Of a stretch of 64,000 nt of DNA, positions 26,101 through 40,600 are shown piece by piece. The stretch covers positions 22,568,001-22,632,000 of the forward strand of contig OZ024747.1 of assembly GCA_964016885.1 (NCBI GenBank). The letters run 5' to 3'. Every line of letters starts with the position of its first letter. Position 1 is the first letter of the stretch. Under the pieces are notes generated by a model. It ran no database searches. It was not told where the DNA came from and saw only the letters and a program-made list of their open reading frames with translations. The stretch is from Eledone cirrhosa (Eukaryota). The position numbers and the translations under genes are program-made.

Positions 26101-29100
26101 TAATTCTTTAATACCCCTCCATATCACCTCCTGTACACAACATATATCCCCTACTCTTCTCTCTAACAGCTCCACAATTTCACCCAATTTACCTTTCAGG
26201 GTGCCAACATTGAGGGTGGCAGTCCTGAGTTTTGTACTTTGCCAGTTGTTATTTCCTTGGGTAGAAGTTCTATATATCTGAAAGGGAAAAGGGTTGTATT
26301 TGTGTTATCCTTTAAATAGTTTGTGAAGGCACTTGGTTGATGATTGCAGTCATGAATTTAATTCTTGGACAAGACACTTTATTTCCAATTGTTCCAGTCC
26401 ACCCAGCTGGGAAAAAGGAATTGCAACAACACTGGTGCCAAACATTATTAGTATTTTCCTTTCTTTTGGACAAAATCAGTGTTGTATAAAAGCAAGACTT
26501 GCATGCATGGGTGACTGCTGATTTTCTGCAAAACACACTGCACAGGCTCATGCCTCAGAGAGGAAACCCCATGGACAGTCAATCACAGGTGCATAACCCA
26601 TGACTAGTTATGCCCGAAGAGGGCTCTTTTCTAAACATTTTCAATAATTCAAAAGCAAAAGGAGACTAACTCTTAATCGCAATGAAAAATAGGCTAATAA
26701 AAAAAAAGAAGTGGATAGTTAAATGAATGCAATCATAAATAATTAAAACTGCATGATATAGGTTGAAGTATTTTAAATAACTAATGATTTTTACTATAGG
26801 CACAAGGCCGGCAATTTTGGGAGAAGAGAAAGTTGATTAAATTGACCCCGTATGGATGAAAGGCAAAGCTAACCTCAGCAGGATTTGTACTCAGACCATA
26901 AAGGGCCGTAACTATGCTGCAAATAGTAGTATGAAGTCATCCAAGAATACATACAACCTCTGAAGTTATAAGCTAATAACAAGAGGTAAAAAATACACAA
27001 GTTTATGGATATATTTTCTGTTACTATATAATATAAACAGAAGTTAGAACTCATTGATATAATGTGTTATTAGTTGTGGAGTTGGTGAAGTTTCAGTCTT
27101 TGGATTCACTATTTCTGGTAATAACATCTGTTAATCCTCTCCAAACATCCCATTAAATACAGCCAGGATTTTATATGTAAAGAACACAGTGAAGAAAGAT
27201 ATACCCTATCAGTAAAATATATCTTATCAAAACAGATACCATCATTATTGTTCAATGTCCACTAGCAACAATAGGCGACATTAATTAAAAACTGAAAGTA
27301 ACTGAACTGACACTCCCAATCCGAGTTACAATCCCTTCTAAATTGATTTTGCCTATCATTATTCAGGAGAATTAAGTACCAGTAAGATACTGAAGCTAGT
27401 TTCATTAACCATGCCCTTTCCATTATAAACCTAGTTCTTATGTCTTCATCAAAAACAATCAATATAGAAATTCAGTGTAGTGAAAACAAGACTATCAAAG
27501 CAACACATTTATTGTAGGCAACCTACATGAAATATTAGTCTCTATTACTGAATCAGCAATGTTCTCATCATCATCATCATCATTTTACGTCCGCTTTTCC
27601 CTGCTTGCAAGGGTGGGACGGGTCTTATTCAGCACAGCATCTCTCCACTCGTCACGGTCCTTCGTCATCTCCACCGTGAGCTTCAACGATCTGAGGTCTG
27701 TTCTCACCACCTCCGCCCATGTTTTTCGTGGTCTACCTCTACCACGTCTTCCTTCAACTGGCATTTCCTGGCACGTCTTCACCCATCGGTCATCCTCCAT
27801 GCGCATCACATGTCCATACCACCTCAGTCTCCTCTCCCGTACACTACATTCTATCCCTCTCAACACATTTATGCTGGGTCGTTCACGCACATTTACACTA
27901 CACATCCAATGGAGCATGCTTGCCTCATTTCTCTCCAGCCGTCGCATATCCTCTGCAGTTGCTGCCCATGTCTCACTACCATACAGCATCGCGCTCCTCA
28001 TACAGGCATCATACAACCGGCCTATCGTACGCAGGGAGAAACCCTTCTTCGTCAACAGAGGAAGCAGCTCCCTAAACTTCTTCCAACCCGTCCTTATTCT
28101 AGATACTATGGCCTCGGAACACCCTCCTCCCATGCTAATCTGATCTCCTAGGTACCGGAAGCTATCCACCACTTCTATAGCGCCCTCCTGCATTTGAAAA
28201 ATGTGTCTATCAATGCGACTTCTACTGTCTAATTTCCCTGTACATCTACTGCATACATATTTCTCCCTACCTGTTAGTTTGCCTGCTATCCCGCTACATT
28301 TCCTGTGTACCCAGGATCTGCATTGTGTGCATATCGAACATGGCCATTTCCCTGACGGAATCAGGGTTTTGTCTTCTTTTCTACTCATCAACACTTTTGT
28401 CTTAGCTAGGTTCACTCTCAGTCCTCTTGCTTCCAACTGCTGTTTCCATAGCCAGAATTTATTCTCTAGCTCCTCTACTGATTCTGCTATAAGATCCAGA
28501 TCGTCAGCATAGAGAAGTTCCCATGGACAGCCAGTCTTAAACTCCTCTGTTATTGCTTGAGGGACTATAATGAACAAGAGCGGGCTGAGGACCGAACTCT
28601 GATGTACTCCTACTTGTATCTGGAATTCCTCACTAAACTCCATTCCTACCCTGACTTTACTGAGAGTACCTCTGTACAAAGTTTGCACTGTCTTCACAAG
28701 CCATTCCTCAACACCTAGCTTCCTTAGGGACCACCAGATGACAGATTGGGGTACTCTATCAAAGGCCTTCTCTAGGTCAACAAGGGCTAAGTATAGTGGC
28801 TTATTTTTCTCTAAGAACCTCTCTTGTAATTGTCTCACCAAGAAGAGGGCATCTGTTGTACTCTTCCCAGGCACAAAACCAAACTGCATCTCATCTAGTT
28901 TGACCCTTTCTCTAATTAGTTGTGCTAAAATCCTTTCTGCCACTTTCATAACCTGATCTATCAGTTTTATACCCCTATAATTGCTCCTCTCCAGAGCACC
29001 CCCTTTACCTTTGTAGCAATTTATGAGAATACTGCTGCACCAGTCTTTGGGTATGACACCTTTAGTGAAAACTTTTTATTAATTTATTCATCTCAGACAA

Positions 29101-31607
29101 TCAATTTATCTAAAAACAGTGCCACTCACACTTTATAATTAAGAGGGGTGTCTCAATAGAAATAATATATCTCCTAATTCCTATCAACATTTGAAATTAC
29201 AGAAGCACCCAACCTAATGTAATACAGAAGCGGTATAAATGAACTACCCTGAAATCAGGTTAGTCTTTCATCCTTTCGGGGTCAATAAAAAAGTACCAGT
29301 CCTGAACTAGAGTTGATTCTTCTATATTTCTTCCTCCATTCCTATCACTCTCTCTCTGAGGGATGGGCTTCGTCAAGATTAAAATGCTCAAGGTGCACCG
29401 CATGTCATTACAGTGTCCCTATAACTCCATCATGAGCTATAGGTCCATATATACCATACAAAAATGAACCTACAGAACAGAAGTAAAACTAAAATACAAT
29501 TCAGTGTGAGAGCTGAACTCTTAGCTTCAAATAAGCTGAGATACAGCTAGAGTTTACTTACTGATTTAGTGTACTTTGCATCTCTTCCTAAATCCTGTGA
29601 AAACTTTGTGATGTTTTCTTCAAGACCCTGTAAAACATAAATACAGTCCTTTAATAAATTTACTTAATTAGATAATTTGCATATTTATCATTAAAAAATT
29701 CTTCACTGATTTTTTTTGTTACAAAACACACTTCATATAACAAACCAAATAAGATAAACTTGTAGGGAAAAATACAGATATTTTAAAAAGACATTTTTAT
29801 ATTTATAAAATTTTCAAATTATTATTTTATCGTTTCTTCCTAGAAAGATCAAGAACTTGAAGACCAGAAGATTTAAATTAGGTGACTAAAAGTGAGTCCA
29901 AATTAAAACACGGATTAAAGAGATAATCTCCAACCTATAGTTTAATAATGTGATATTTATCAAGTCAGTGGTGTGGGGAATAAAAGGAATAAGCTTTATT
30001 TCAATTCATTTTTATAAAATAGAATGGTGTGCCTTCTCATAATTGCTTTATATATTCATATATTACCATCATTTAACGTCTATTTTCCATTCTTGCATGG
30101 GTTAGATAGGCTGTCATGTTATGAGGCTAAACAACGCTTTATATTTTGGTGGATAAGACATCAAGAAAATACAGACAATTATCTATCGTTCATGTAAGGT
30201 AATGTCAAACAACAAGTAAGGTAGGTTGAAACTAATTCTTACACCAAAAATATCATGTGAAAGACATCAATGACACTATATGAGTCTTGTACTCAATTTA
30301 CAAATCTATCATTTAATCCTTTCATGATCAGATATCTCATTAAATACATTGAATGTTCTTCAATTAATTTTGAAAATAATCATGAATGAATTTGGAGGAA
30401 TTTAGTAAAATAACTCTTTCATGAAATTCATACATAAATTATGATGGAAGGTTTTAATTCAGGTATAAACACATTAAAATTGAGTGTTTTATCACAGAAC
30501 CAGAGACGGTTTCAGTCAGGCTGGTATTATTATAAGACTTAATGTGTCGATTTATTGAGACTGGTGAATCTTTGCCTTAAATTATGAAATAAATTTACTT
30601 CAAAGTGAAAACTGATTAACTAGGGCTACGAGGCTACAAAATCAAAATAAGGTTCTTCCCCATATAAAATCCAGTGTGAGAACTATGTAGAAGAAGTATG
30701 ATATTGTATAACCTTGATATAGCTACATGTATCATTAACTATTGAAGATAAAATGATTTCAATATTTTATCTTGAAATAAAAAAAAATAGCTTCTATTTA
30801 CATATACAATTCTTATGACTAACACTAAATATTTCATTTGACAATTACATCCAGAAAAAGAAAATTGAAATTAATATTACCTGATAAGTTTTAATGGAAA
30901 TTATACTCTTTAGAAAGTCTAGCAACAAAAAATACTTTGTTTTTAAAATTTCAATTTTTTTCACTTTTGTTGTGAAAAACTACAAGAGATATCAACTATA
31001 TAATAGTCGATAAGTCAACTTCTTCAACTATTTTATAATTAATATCAGTATTATCGCAGCTGTTCTCAATAATAGGAAATTAATATCAAATTTTCAAATT
31101 TGCTCAATTTCTTCATAAACTCATTGGTTTAATTGTTTAATCTACAGCCAAGCATTTAGATACATTAATAAAATAGAGACCAGAAAACTTACAGATGCTA
31201 ATCCTGCTTCCAAATTCCTGATCTCTGAAAAACATTACACAAGATGTTATTTTGATATTTCGTATGACTAAATATGCAAAATATTGCATCATTATAAAAA
31301 AAAATATTGCATTTGACAGAATTTAGTAAAATCAAAATCCTTACATATCATATCAATGATAAAGTTTATTAAATAAAATGATTTGATGCTTATATATCTT
31401 TTTTGACAAAAGCATGTCAGCCTAGAAAATATTCGGTTTTTTTTCCCTTGGTTTTTGAGAGGATAAGAAAAAGGCATTGCAAGATAGGTGCTACTTATTT
31501 TAAACTAACAAAATTAGATTAATAATCAACCATGTGTGTGTGTATGTCTATATGTATATATACATATTTACATAGATATATATATAAGCATGTGTGTGTG
31601 TGTATAT

Positions 31608-31661
<54 letters not shown>

Positions 31662-34600
31662 CTTTACAATTTAGAAGCCCAGTTTTCAAAACACAAGGTG
31701 CAACATTCTAACTTTACATTTGTCTCTGTAAGTAGTAGTAGTTTCTCCAAAGTTACTCATACATATATTACTGTGTGTCATTTGTATACATATACTAAAC
31801 ATTTATGTAAATATATCCAAGAAATAAATTATCATCCTTATTTTTAATCACTTATGGGTGCCAGTAATCAATATCAACTATTCTCTCTATTGCAAACCAT
31901 TACTTTATCAAAACACAAATTCCTGTTTGCAGGATTGTTCACATATCAAGTAAAGCTGGTATATATGGCACACCAATACTGGACACCAAAAATTTTAAAT
32001 GTTCAATGGTATAGTTGTCACTGGTCCACTAGTTTCTTAATAAAATCAGCAAATGTAAGCAACCTCTTAGGAACACTAAATGTACTCTTAACTTCAGTAT
32101 ATTACTATGTCTAATGTCTTAATGTTATTAGTATTTGTAAAGCAGTTAACTCTTTAGCATTCACATTACTCTATATTTACTATTATATTTTCACGGTAAA
32201 GGCTTTACCTCACATACTGTTAAATCTATCGAGATGTTTCATTCATCATTTCATCTTACGTCTGCTTGCAAGGGTGGGACGGGAACTGATTCTGGCTTGA
32301 TTTCTACAGCTGGATGCCCTTCCTAACACCAACCTCATTTACAGTGAGTGCTGGGTGCTTTTTTGCCGTGGCACCTCCACGACCACTTTTGCAGTGAAAT
32401 GATATGGACCCCAGTCCCTATCATCTCATTTCTACAGCTGAGTTAACTGGAGCAATGTGAAATAAAGTGTCTTGCTCAAGGAAACAACACATCACCTGGT
32501 CTGAGAATTGAACTCCCAACCTTTCGATTGCAAGGCCAATGCTCTAACCACTAAGCCGTGTGCCTCCATTTATACTATTTATTTTGAGAACAATACTATA
32601 ACGTTGGTATGAGCAGCTGGTTACAGATGGTTTGAACAGAAAGAGGTGAGAGAATTCTGGCTGGATATGGCCTGTTTAAATGCTAAAGGCTTAATGATGC
32701 GGTAGCTAACCTTTTTCAATGAAGCAACTGAGCTGATAAAATTTCTCCGATTTTAAAATTTCATCCTCTTTCCCTTCTTCAGGTTTCATACTAGCAGCAG
32801 AGTTAAGGAAATTTCACAGAAAACAATTGAATATATACAAATAACATAAATGGAAGAATATTTGCAAGGTGAAAATAAATATTTAAACATTTGAAAAGAT
32901 TAAGATTCATCATTATTTAACATTCGTTTTCCTTGCTAGCAAGGGAGGTTGTTATGTATTCTGTGGCTGGATGCCCTTCCTATTTGCAACCACTTTACAG
33001 AGTGTACTGGGTGTGTTTTATCAGGTCACCAATGCTTGTCTCATCAACTCTTTTTGGGAGTTTCAGTTTGATAGTAATACTGAAAATTGAAAAGGGTAAT
33101 CACAAAATGTAGGATACACTACTTGAAATTCACCACCCATATACATATCAATAAGTTTTAGGGCAGGCTTTGTTGCAGCATCTTCACCTTCACCTTCCTG
33201 AAAATTCATTATATAAAAATAAAGTTTTAAAAATGCACTTTAAAAATTATAAACATTAGTTACATATAGGCAGAATTAATAGAGCATCAGCCTAAATACC
33301 TTGTAGTATTTAGTTAGATTTCTTGTTTTGTTTAAATCCCATACAGGCTGGTTTTGCTGGTCATCCTTTTGGAGTTGATAAAATAGATACCACCCTACAA
33401 GTATTGAAGTCAATATAATAGACATGGTGCTCCAGCACAACCACAGTCCAATGACTAAAACCAATAACACAGTAATAAAGACTGCCTATGATTTGCGAAT
33501 CATTTTGAAAATAATGCTTTCTAATTTAGGCACAAGGCCAGCAACAGTCCTCAAAAGGATGAAAGGCAAAGTCAACCTTGATAGGATTAAAACTCAAAAC
33601 ATGAGGAGCTGGAACAAATAATGTCAAGCATTTGTTCAATGCTCTCACAAAAAATCTGGATGGATTTAGTAACAACTGGTTTTCTCTTTATTTAGTTTCA
33701 GGCAGTTTGATAATATACTTAACCAACAACAGTTAAAAGAATTCCTAGATGAGAATCAACAAATGTTGTCAGGGTTGTGGTACAAGTGAATGCTAAGTCT
33801 CAGTTCATTGGTGATATAATTGTTTAATAATTACAATACTTTCTGATTTGGATACATGGCCAGAAGTTTAAAGAGGGGACAGTCTATTATAATTTAGATA
33901 CAAGGTCAACAATTTTGGGGGGAAAGTAATTAAATCAACCCCAGTGCCTAGTGACTAGTTTTCTAGCAGATTCCTAGAAGTACAATAAACAATAGCAAAA
34001 CAAAATATAATAAAAAATAATAAAGTAAAAAAAGTATAAAAATGGTTTAACCCTTTAACATTTACATTACTCTATATACTATTGTATTTTCATGGTAAAA
34101 GGCTTTATCTTACATAATTATCTCACATAATATCGAATCTATGAAATTTTGATATTATTTATTTTGAGAACAATACTTTAACATCAGTATGAGTGGCTGG
34201 TTACAGCCAGTTTGAACTGAAAGAGGTGAGAGAATTCTGGTTGGATATGGCCGGTTTAAATTCTAAAGGGTTAAATGGAGTAAATTAACCTGGTGCAAGA
34301 ACATAATCAGATGATATAACAAAGAAGAAGTATTACCTTAGATGAGCCATCATCCAAATTTTGCTGCAGAACTCGAACTAATTCAGTCCAACACTCATTT
34401 GCATCCTAAAGAAATTAAACAGTTATATTAGAATCTGTACTATAAAGCAAAAATATAAAAGAAAATATGTAACAATATTAAGAATGTATTAAGAAAGCTG
34501 GTACAATACAAATAGGAAATATAATGGTGGAACTAGTGTAAAGTAAGAATGATAACACAAAAGAATATTTTTTACTCTATATTTCGAAGTTAGAACCTCT

Positions 34601-37600
34601 TTATCACATGAAAAGTCATGTTTGAGTTTTACTCTATTCTAGTGCCATTACATTTCTTATTTGTACTGTACCGGCTTTCCTAATACATTCATAATCACAT
34701 ATCTCACAATGCTTCATATAAACTATACTGTTATGTAACAATATAGTTAAAGTTTGTGCTGGTGCCACAATAAAATACACCCATTATACTCTCGGTGGAT
34801 TGGCAGTATCGGTAGAGGGTCGGACGCCATGCTTTCCAGCATAGTTACGTCCCTTTACGATCTGAGTTCAAATCCCGCCGAGGTTGACTTTGCCTTTCAT
34901 CCTTACGGGGTCGATAAAATAAAGTACCAGTAATGCACTGGGTAATTGCTGGCCTTGTGCCTAAAGTAGAAACAATTATACTCTGTAAGGTAGTGGGTAT
35001 TAAGAACAGCATTCGACTGTAGAAACTATGCCAAATATGGAACATATGAGCAAGATAAAGTCTATTTGACCCATCTAGACTCAGCCATGTCAGCATGAAT
35101 ATCAAACATAAAATGATGATGATGCTGTTATATATTTCAACAATATATTATATACTTAAACATTTTCAACAATATATTATATATTTAAACATTTTCAACA
35201 ATATTTTATATATTTAAATGTGTAGGCATGGCTGTGTGGTTAAGAAGTTCATTTTACAACCATTTGGTCTTGGATTCTATTTCATTGCATGGCATCTTGG
35301 GCAAATATCTTCTACTATAGTGTTGGGTAAACCAATACTTTGTGAGTGAATTTGGTAGAGATAAGGAAGCCCATCTTGTTTGTGTGTATGTATAAATATA
35401 TATGTGTGTGTGTATGTATATTCAAATATAAATGTTATAGTTGTTCTATTTATGACTAGCCTAAGTTTGATGATTCTATCGTTCATTCTACTTTAATTAC
35501 CTTATCTACTAATTTTTCTGCCAACGGAATACCTACACCACCTAGCCCTGATTGCTAACAATCCTGAAAAATTTGTGGCATGATTCTTTGCCCTCAAGGT
35601 GTCTAGCTGATGCTTCTCTCCATCTAGTTTCTTGTACACAACACATCCACTCTCTTTCACTCTAGCATCTCTACAATCTCCCCTGACCATTCTTTCTTTG
35701 TGCCTACGTTGATGGTGACAGCTCTGAAGTTTGGGAGTTCACCAGAAGAGGGAGATGAATTAGTGTTGACTTTCCGTATCTGAAATTAAGAAATTTTGCT
35801 CGATCGCCCAGAGGGGAATGATAGGTTCATACTAAAAAGAATTTCTCCAACATTGTAGTCCAACTGCCATATAAAACACCAAGCTATAACAACCATACCT
35901 CCTCTCTTTGTTACTTTGTTGCCTCTTTGGCAGTAGTAGTAATAGTAGTTAAGAGATGTTCGAGCAATTGTGGTTTGATTTGTCAGAATGAGAGCTGACC
36001 ACTAGACATCAATCATAGAATGGTCCTACTATAGAGAAGCCAGAAGACTTATTTATAAATAAATGAAGTGATGTAGAAATATAGAGAGAAAAAGACAGGA
36101 TCAGAGAGAGTGATGACCCTAGTGTTTTGCAAGGTTATGACTTGGGGGTCGTATATATTTTTCACAGAATAAAACATACAAAGTTGAAGTACATACTTGA
36201 ATTAACCAGTAGACAGACAAATGAAACAGGAAGAGAATATAAATACCCAGAGGACTTATAAATACATAAAGTGGGAAGACGGAAGAAGACAGGTGAGAGA
36301 GACTTGGTAGGAGGATTTTTCTTTGCTCGATTAACAGGTCTGATGAGCAGATCGGGCTGGAGTTGGGTCTATAGCATTAATATAGATCCTGAGCCACTCA
36401 TTTGTGAAACGATCATAACTATGTATAATCAATAAAGACCTTAATCTGAAACCTCGCTTTGTTTTATATATATAAAAGAGATGCTTGTTTGTTAGTTGGT
36501 GTCTTTGTGCATCACACAAAAACAAAAACTGACTATCGAAAAGTAAGTACACCAATGGAATAAGAGTATACCCAGGAAGGGTTATTGATACTTATTTTAT
36601 AAAATCATCAAAGACGAAAAACATCCCAGGTATGTTAACCAACCCGATTATTTCTAGCAGGTTGGGAGACAACCATAAGGGATTCTCTATGTGCATCTGT
36701 TGCCAGCGATGCTCATGTTTCATGGCCAACATTTTCGTGAATTACACACACACACTTCACATTTATATATAATTATCTATATATAATATAAAAGATTGGA
36801 ACTGCCATCATCCTTTTGAGAAACTTGGAAATAACCTTGCTCTCCTTTTTAAGCAATATAACTAACCTGCTGTGTGAAAACACCTTGCTCTTTTTCATTG
36901 AATCTTGGGAAAGTTGATCGCAAGACATTGTGGAAAATCTCTGGTCTAGTAGTGGTACTTGACTGTAAATCCATCAATTTGAACAGCTCTCCCATTGCTT
37001 TGAAAAGAAAATATAATGGAATTAAACAAACAAAACCTTTTTATTTTGACATCATTTCTGTACCTTAGGTCTCTAACATTGTACATCCAACAGATTATGC
37101 TTAATTTGTTTCTCTTTAGGTTTAACACAACTTCGGCATTTACTGCCCATGTCTCACTGCCATGTAACATCACACTTATCATGCAGACATAATACATAGA
37201 GAGAAAATCTTCAAAAGAGGTAATAATCACCTGTACTTTTTCCATCTTGTTCTCATTCTAGCTAATACACTTTCAGGACAACCTCCTCCACTACTAATTA
37301 AATAGCAGAAGCTATCAACTGTGGAGCCTTCTCAAGGTTACAAAATGTTTATTTCACTGGTGCTCTTACTACTAAATATCCCTGTGCTTCTGCGACATAC
37401 AAAGTTCACATTTTCTATTAACCTGTCCACAATCACACTACAACTCTCGTATACCCATATTTTACATTGAGTACACTATATAGAATTCTTGCTTACTCCT
37501 TTTCCACATATCAAGCAAGGCTACTTCCCTGGTAGTTTCAGGGTCTTTTCTTTCCTACTTACAAAATCTTTGATCATTGCTAGGTTTACTCAGAGCCCTT

Positions 37601-40600
37601 TTGATTCTTTGTTTTGCTGCCTGCTTGAAAGTCTGTAGGACTCCCTCACTATAGTAATCAAGTAGCCACTCTCCTCACTCTTATACACTCCCTAACAGCT
37701 ATCCTCACCTTCACTATATGTCCCCTCCTGTATTCATCCCTCAGCTGCTGCCCCACCCCTAAAAAGAAACCCTTAGATACCCTCTCTATTGTACTCTAGT
37801 AGCTACTCCCTCCACCTCCCATTTTTGGCACTGAGTGTTTCCATCGCCATGAGAGAGAGAAAATGTATGGGGGAAGGGAGGGGGGTCAAGAATACCCTTC
37901 AGTTGTGCCACATGTGACCTACATGATAAACCCACCCAGTATACGCTGTAAAGTGGTTGATGACAGGAAGGGCATCAAACCGTAGAAGGCTTGCCAAACA
38001 AGAGGTTGGAAGGACCCTCAGTTTTGTCAAAGAGATGACAACCTGTGCATTCGGTAAAAATGTGAAACCATACATAAGTGAGATGCAAAGCCTGGCCTCT
38101 TCCAGAAAGGATAGCAGTAGCCCCACTTCAGTAATGACTTGGTCTATGCAAGGAAAGTGGCCGTTAAAACAATGATGATGTGTTGCTTCCATAATGAGCA
38201 TTTCTTCTCAAGATCTACAGATTTGGTTATAAGAGCAAGGATGTCAGGATGCGGAGACTCCCATAAACAAATGTAATGACACGGAGCATTATAATGATCA
38301 GAAGGGGATTAAGGACCAAACCTTAATGTACACCTACATGAAGGCTTGAATTCATGACCAACTCTCACAAGCCTTTCATCTATGCTTAGTTTTCTTAAAG
38401 CCCATCTGACTAAGGAATGTGGTAGTTTGTCAAATGCCTTCTCCAAAACGAATGCTAAGTTCAGTGATTCAAAAATGAGTTGTGTCAGTAAGTTATGAGG
38501 CCAGCCTTCTCACACACTGGTCACATAGAATTTCCCTGAGAACTACGTTAAGGGTACATGTGCCCATGAAATACTCAGCCACTTGCATGAAATCACAGAC
38601 TAATGTGGCCTCTCTCGCAAATATAAGGTTTGATGTTTGCAGTTCATGCTGATTTCAAAGCTTCTCTGGCCTATGCTGATATACGATATCAGCTCTAGTA
38701 CGGTGGAGGCCATCGAAGCCAAAATCAACAAATACACAAGGAAGTAGCTTTGTGTCCCACCAGGTCTCACTGTTGTTGTACTCTACTCTCACCAGGCAAA
38801 GCTGATGCTACCTCTTAAATCCATCATTTAAGAGTACAAAGTCAGAAAGGCAAGGCTCTTGACCATGCTTGAAGACTCGGAAGACAAGGTTGTGAGGTCG
38901 ATCCAACACAAGTTGAAAACAGGCAGAAAATGGAAAGTCCAGGAGGTGGTAGATGCAGCAAAGGAAAGCCTTACAATCAGAGAAATAATGGGATTCATTA
39001 AAGCAGGCATAACAAAAATAGAACATTGGTCAAAAGCTAGGAGAAAGATGAGGAGAGATCTAATTTTACAGGAGGTGAAGAAAGAAGAAGACTCTGGAAG
39101 GCAGTTCAGCAGAGACATAAGGGCCAGTGGACAATGTAGGAAGATGCACTCCAGAAATTGGAATGACTTCTGGTATATGGCACTTCTTAGAATCAGTTTT
39201 CTCCTCAGATCTGTCTGTGATCACCTGCCCTTGAATCTAGTGAAATGGGACAAATCAGATAACCTTGAGTGCCCACTCTACCAGGGCAGACAGACAGTAG
39301 AATACGTCCTGAGCTCATGCAGAGTAGCACTAGCCCAAGAAAGATACACATGGAGAGACAATCAACTGCTGAAGGAGATTGTACATGTGATAAGTATGGC
39401 AAAAATTAAAATTTGTAGCACGATAATCTCCAACATTTTATATGATAAGAGGCAGCAAGACATAGCCAGGAACAGCTATGTCATGAAGGGCACAGGGGTC
39501 GAGTCTTCTGGGTGATGTAAACAACTGGGAATGCACAGCAGCCCTCCCAACATTGGCAAAACAACCAGAAATCATGAGGAAGAGTAGCTTGAGGCTGGAT
39601 ATCATACTCCATTCCAGTTCATCAAAAGAGCTGACTTTGATTAAACTCACCATGCTATTTGAAAGTAGAATAGGAACACACGGATTGAAGACCAAAAAAT
39701 ATGCCAGTTTGGCCAACAGCCTGAGGGAAGCCAACTTCCAGGTCAATGTTCTTGCCATAGGAGTTTGAGCCATAGGCTTTGTGGGCAAATCTGCCTTCTA
39801 TCTCATGAAACAACTTTCAGGCAATATTAGAGGCAGCAGAAAGGAGTTCCAGCTGGATCTGGTCAAGGAAGAACAAAAATTACCTTAATGCCGTTTAAGA
39901 GATTGTGGTTGTATTTTAATGCACGCTAAGGGAAATAACTCTGAGCTTATCATGATTCTAGTGTTTGGCAGCAGCAGTGACAATGTTTATATCTCACTAC
40001 TGCCATGACTACCAACGTTTTATTTTCCAAAATCAAGAAAGCATATAAATATAAGTTTGAAAGTAGAGGTACCGGAAAAGAGATCCAGCTAGATCTAGTC
40101 AACAAAATCTTCATACGGTTTAAATACACAAGTCTCTGATATCCAAATGGTTAACTGTCAGCAAATGTGCACCCAGGAGTCATGACTTGGTCGCTGCCCA
40201 GCCCCCTTAGAAGTTATGGGCTGAAACACTTATTACATATAACTATGTTTGTACATATTTGATACAACCATATATTTACTTCTTAGTTGTGTTATACATA
40301 TATACAAATAAATGTAAACATATAGATCCATAAAGAAATGTAGAAAAATCAGTTGTTAGGACCTCTGGAAGTGGCAGACCCAGGAAAAATTTGGACAAGG
40401 TAGTCCAACCTTAAGAAACTAAGCATCGCAACTGAGAAGCTATCCTCACCATCAATGCACCCCCCAACCATTACACCTCCAGTACCACTCCCTAGTTATT
40501 CTCCCTCTCAAAGCCCTTAGATACTCTCACTATCACACCCAAGTAGCTACTCTTTCTACTCCCTGTGCCCTATCTCCATTACCACCCCATCTCCCCATAT

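Noticed and set aside
27559-28956. Several plus-strand ORFs
   Set aside because: Antisense shadows of the RTE ORF.
35134-35219. Three copies of a ~27-bp unit
   Set aside because: Ordinary AT-rich intronic minisatellite.
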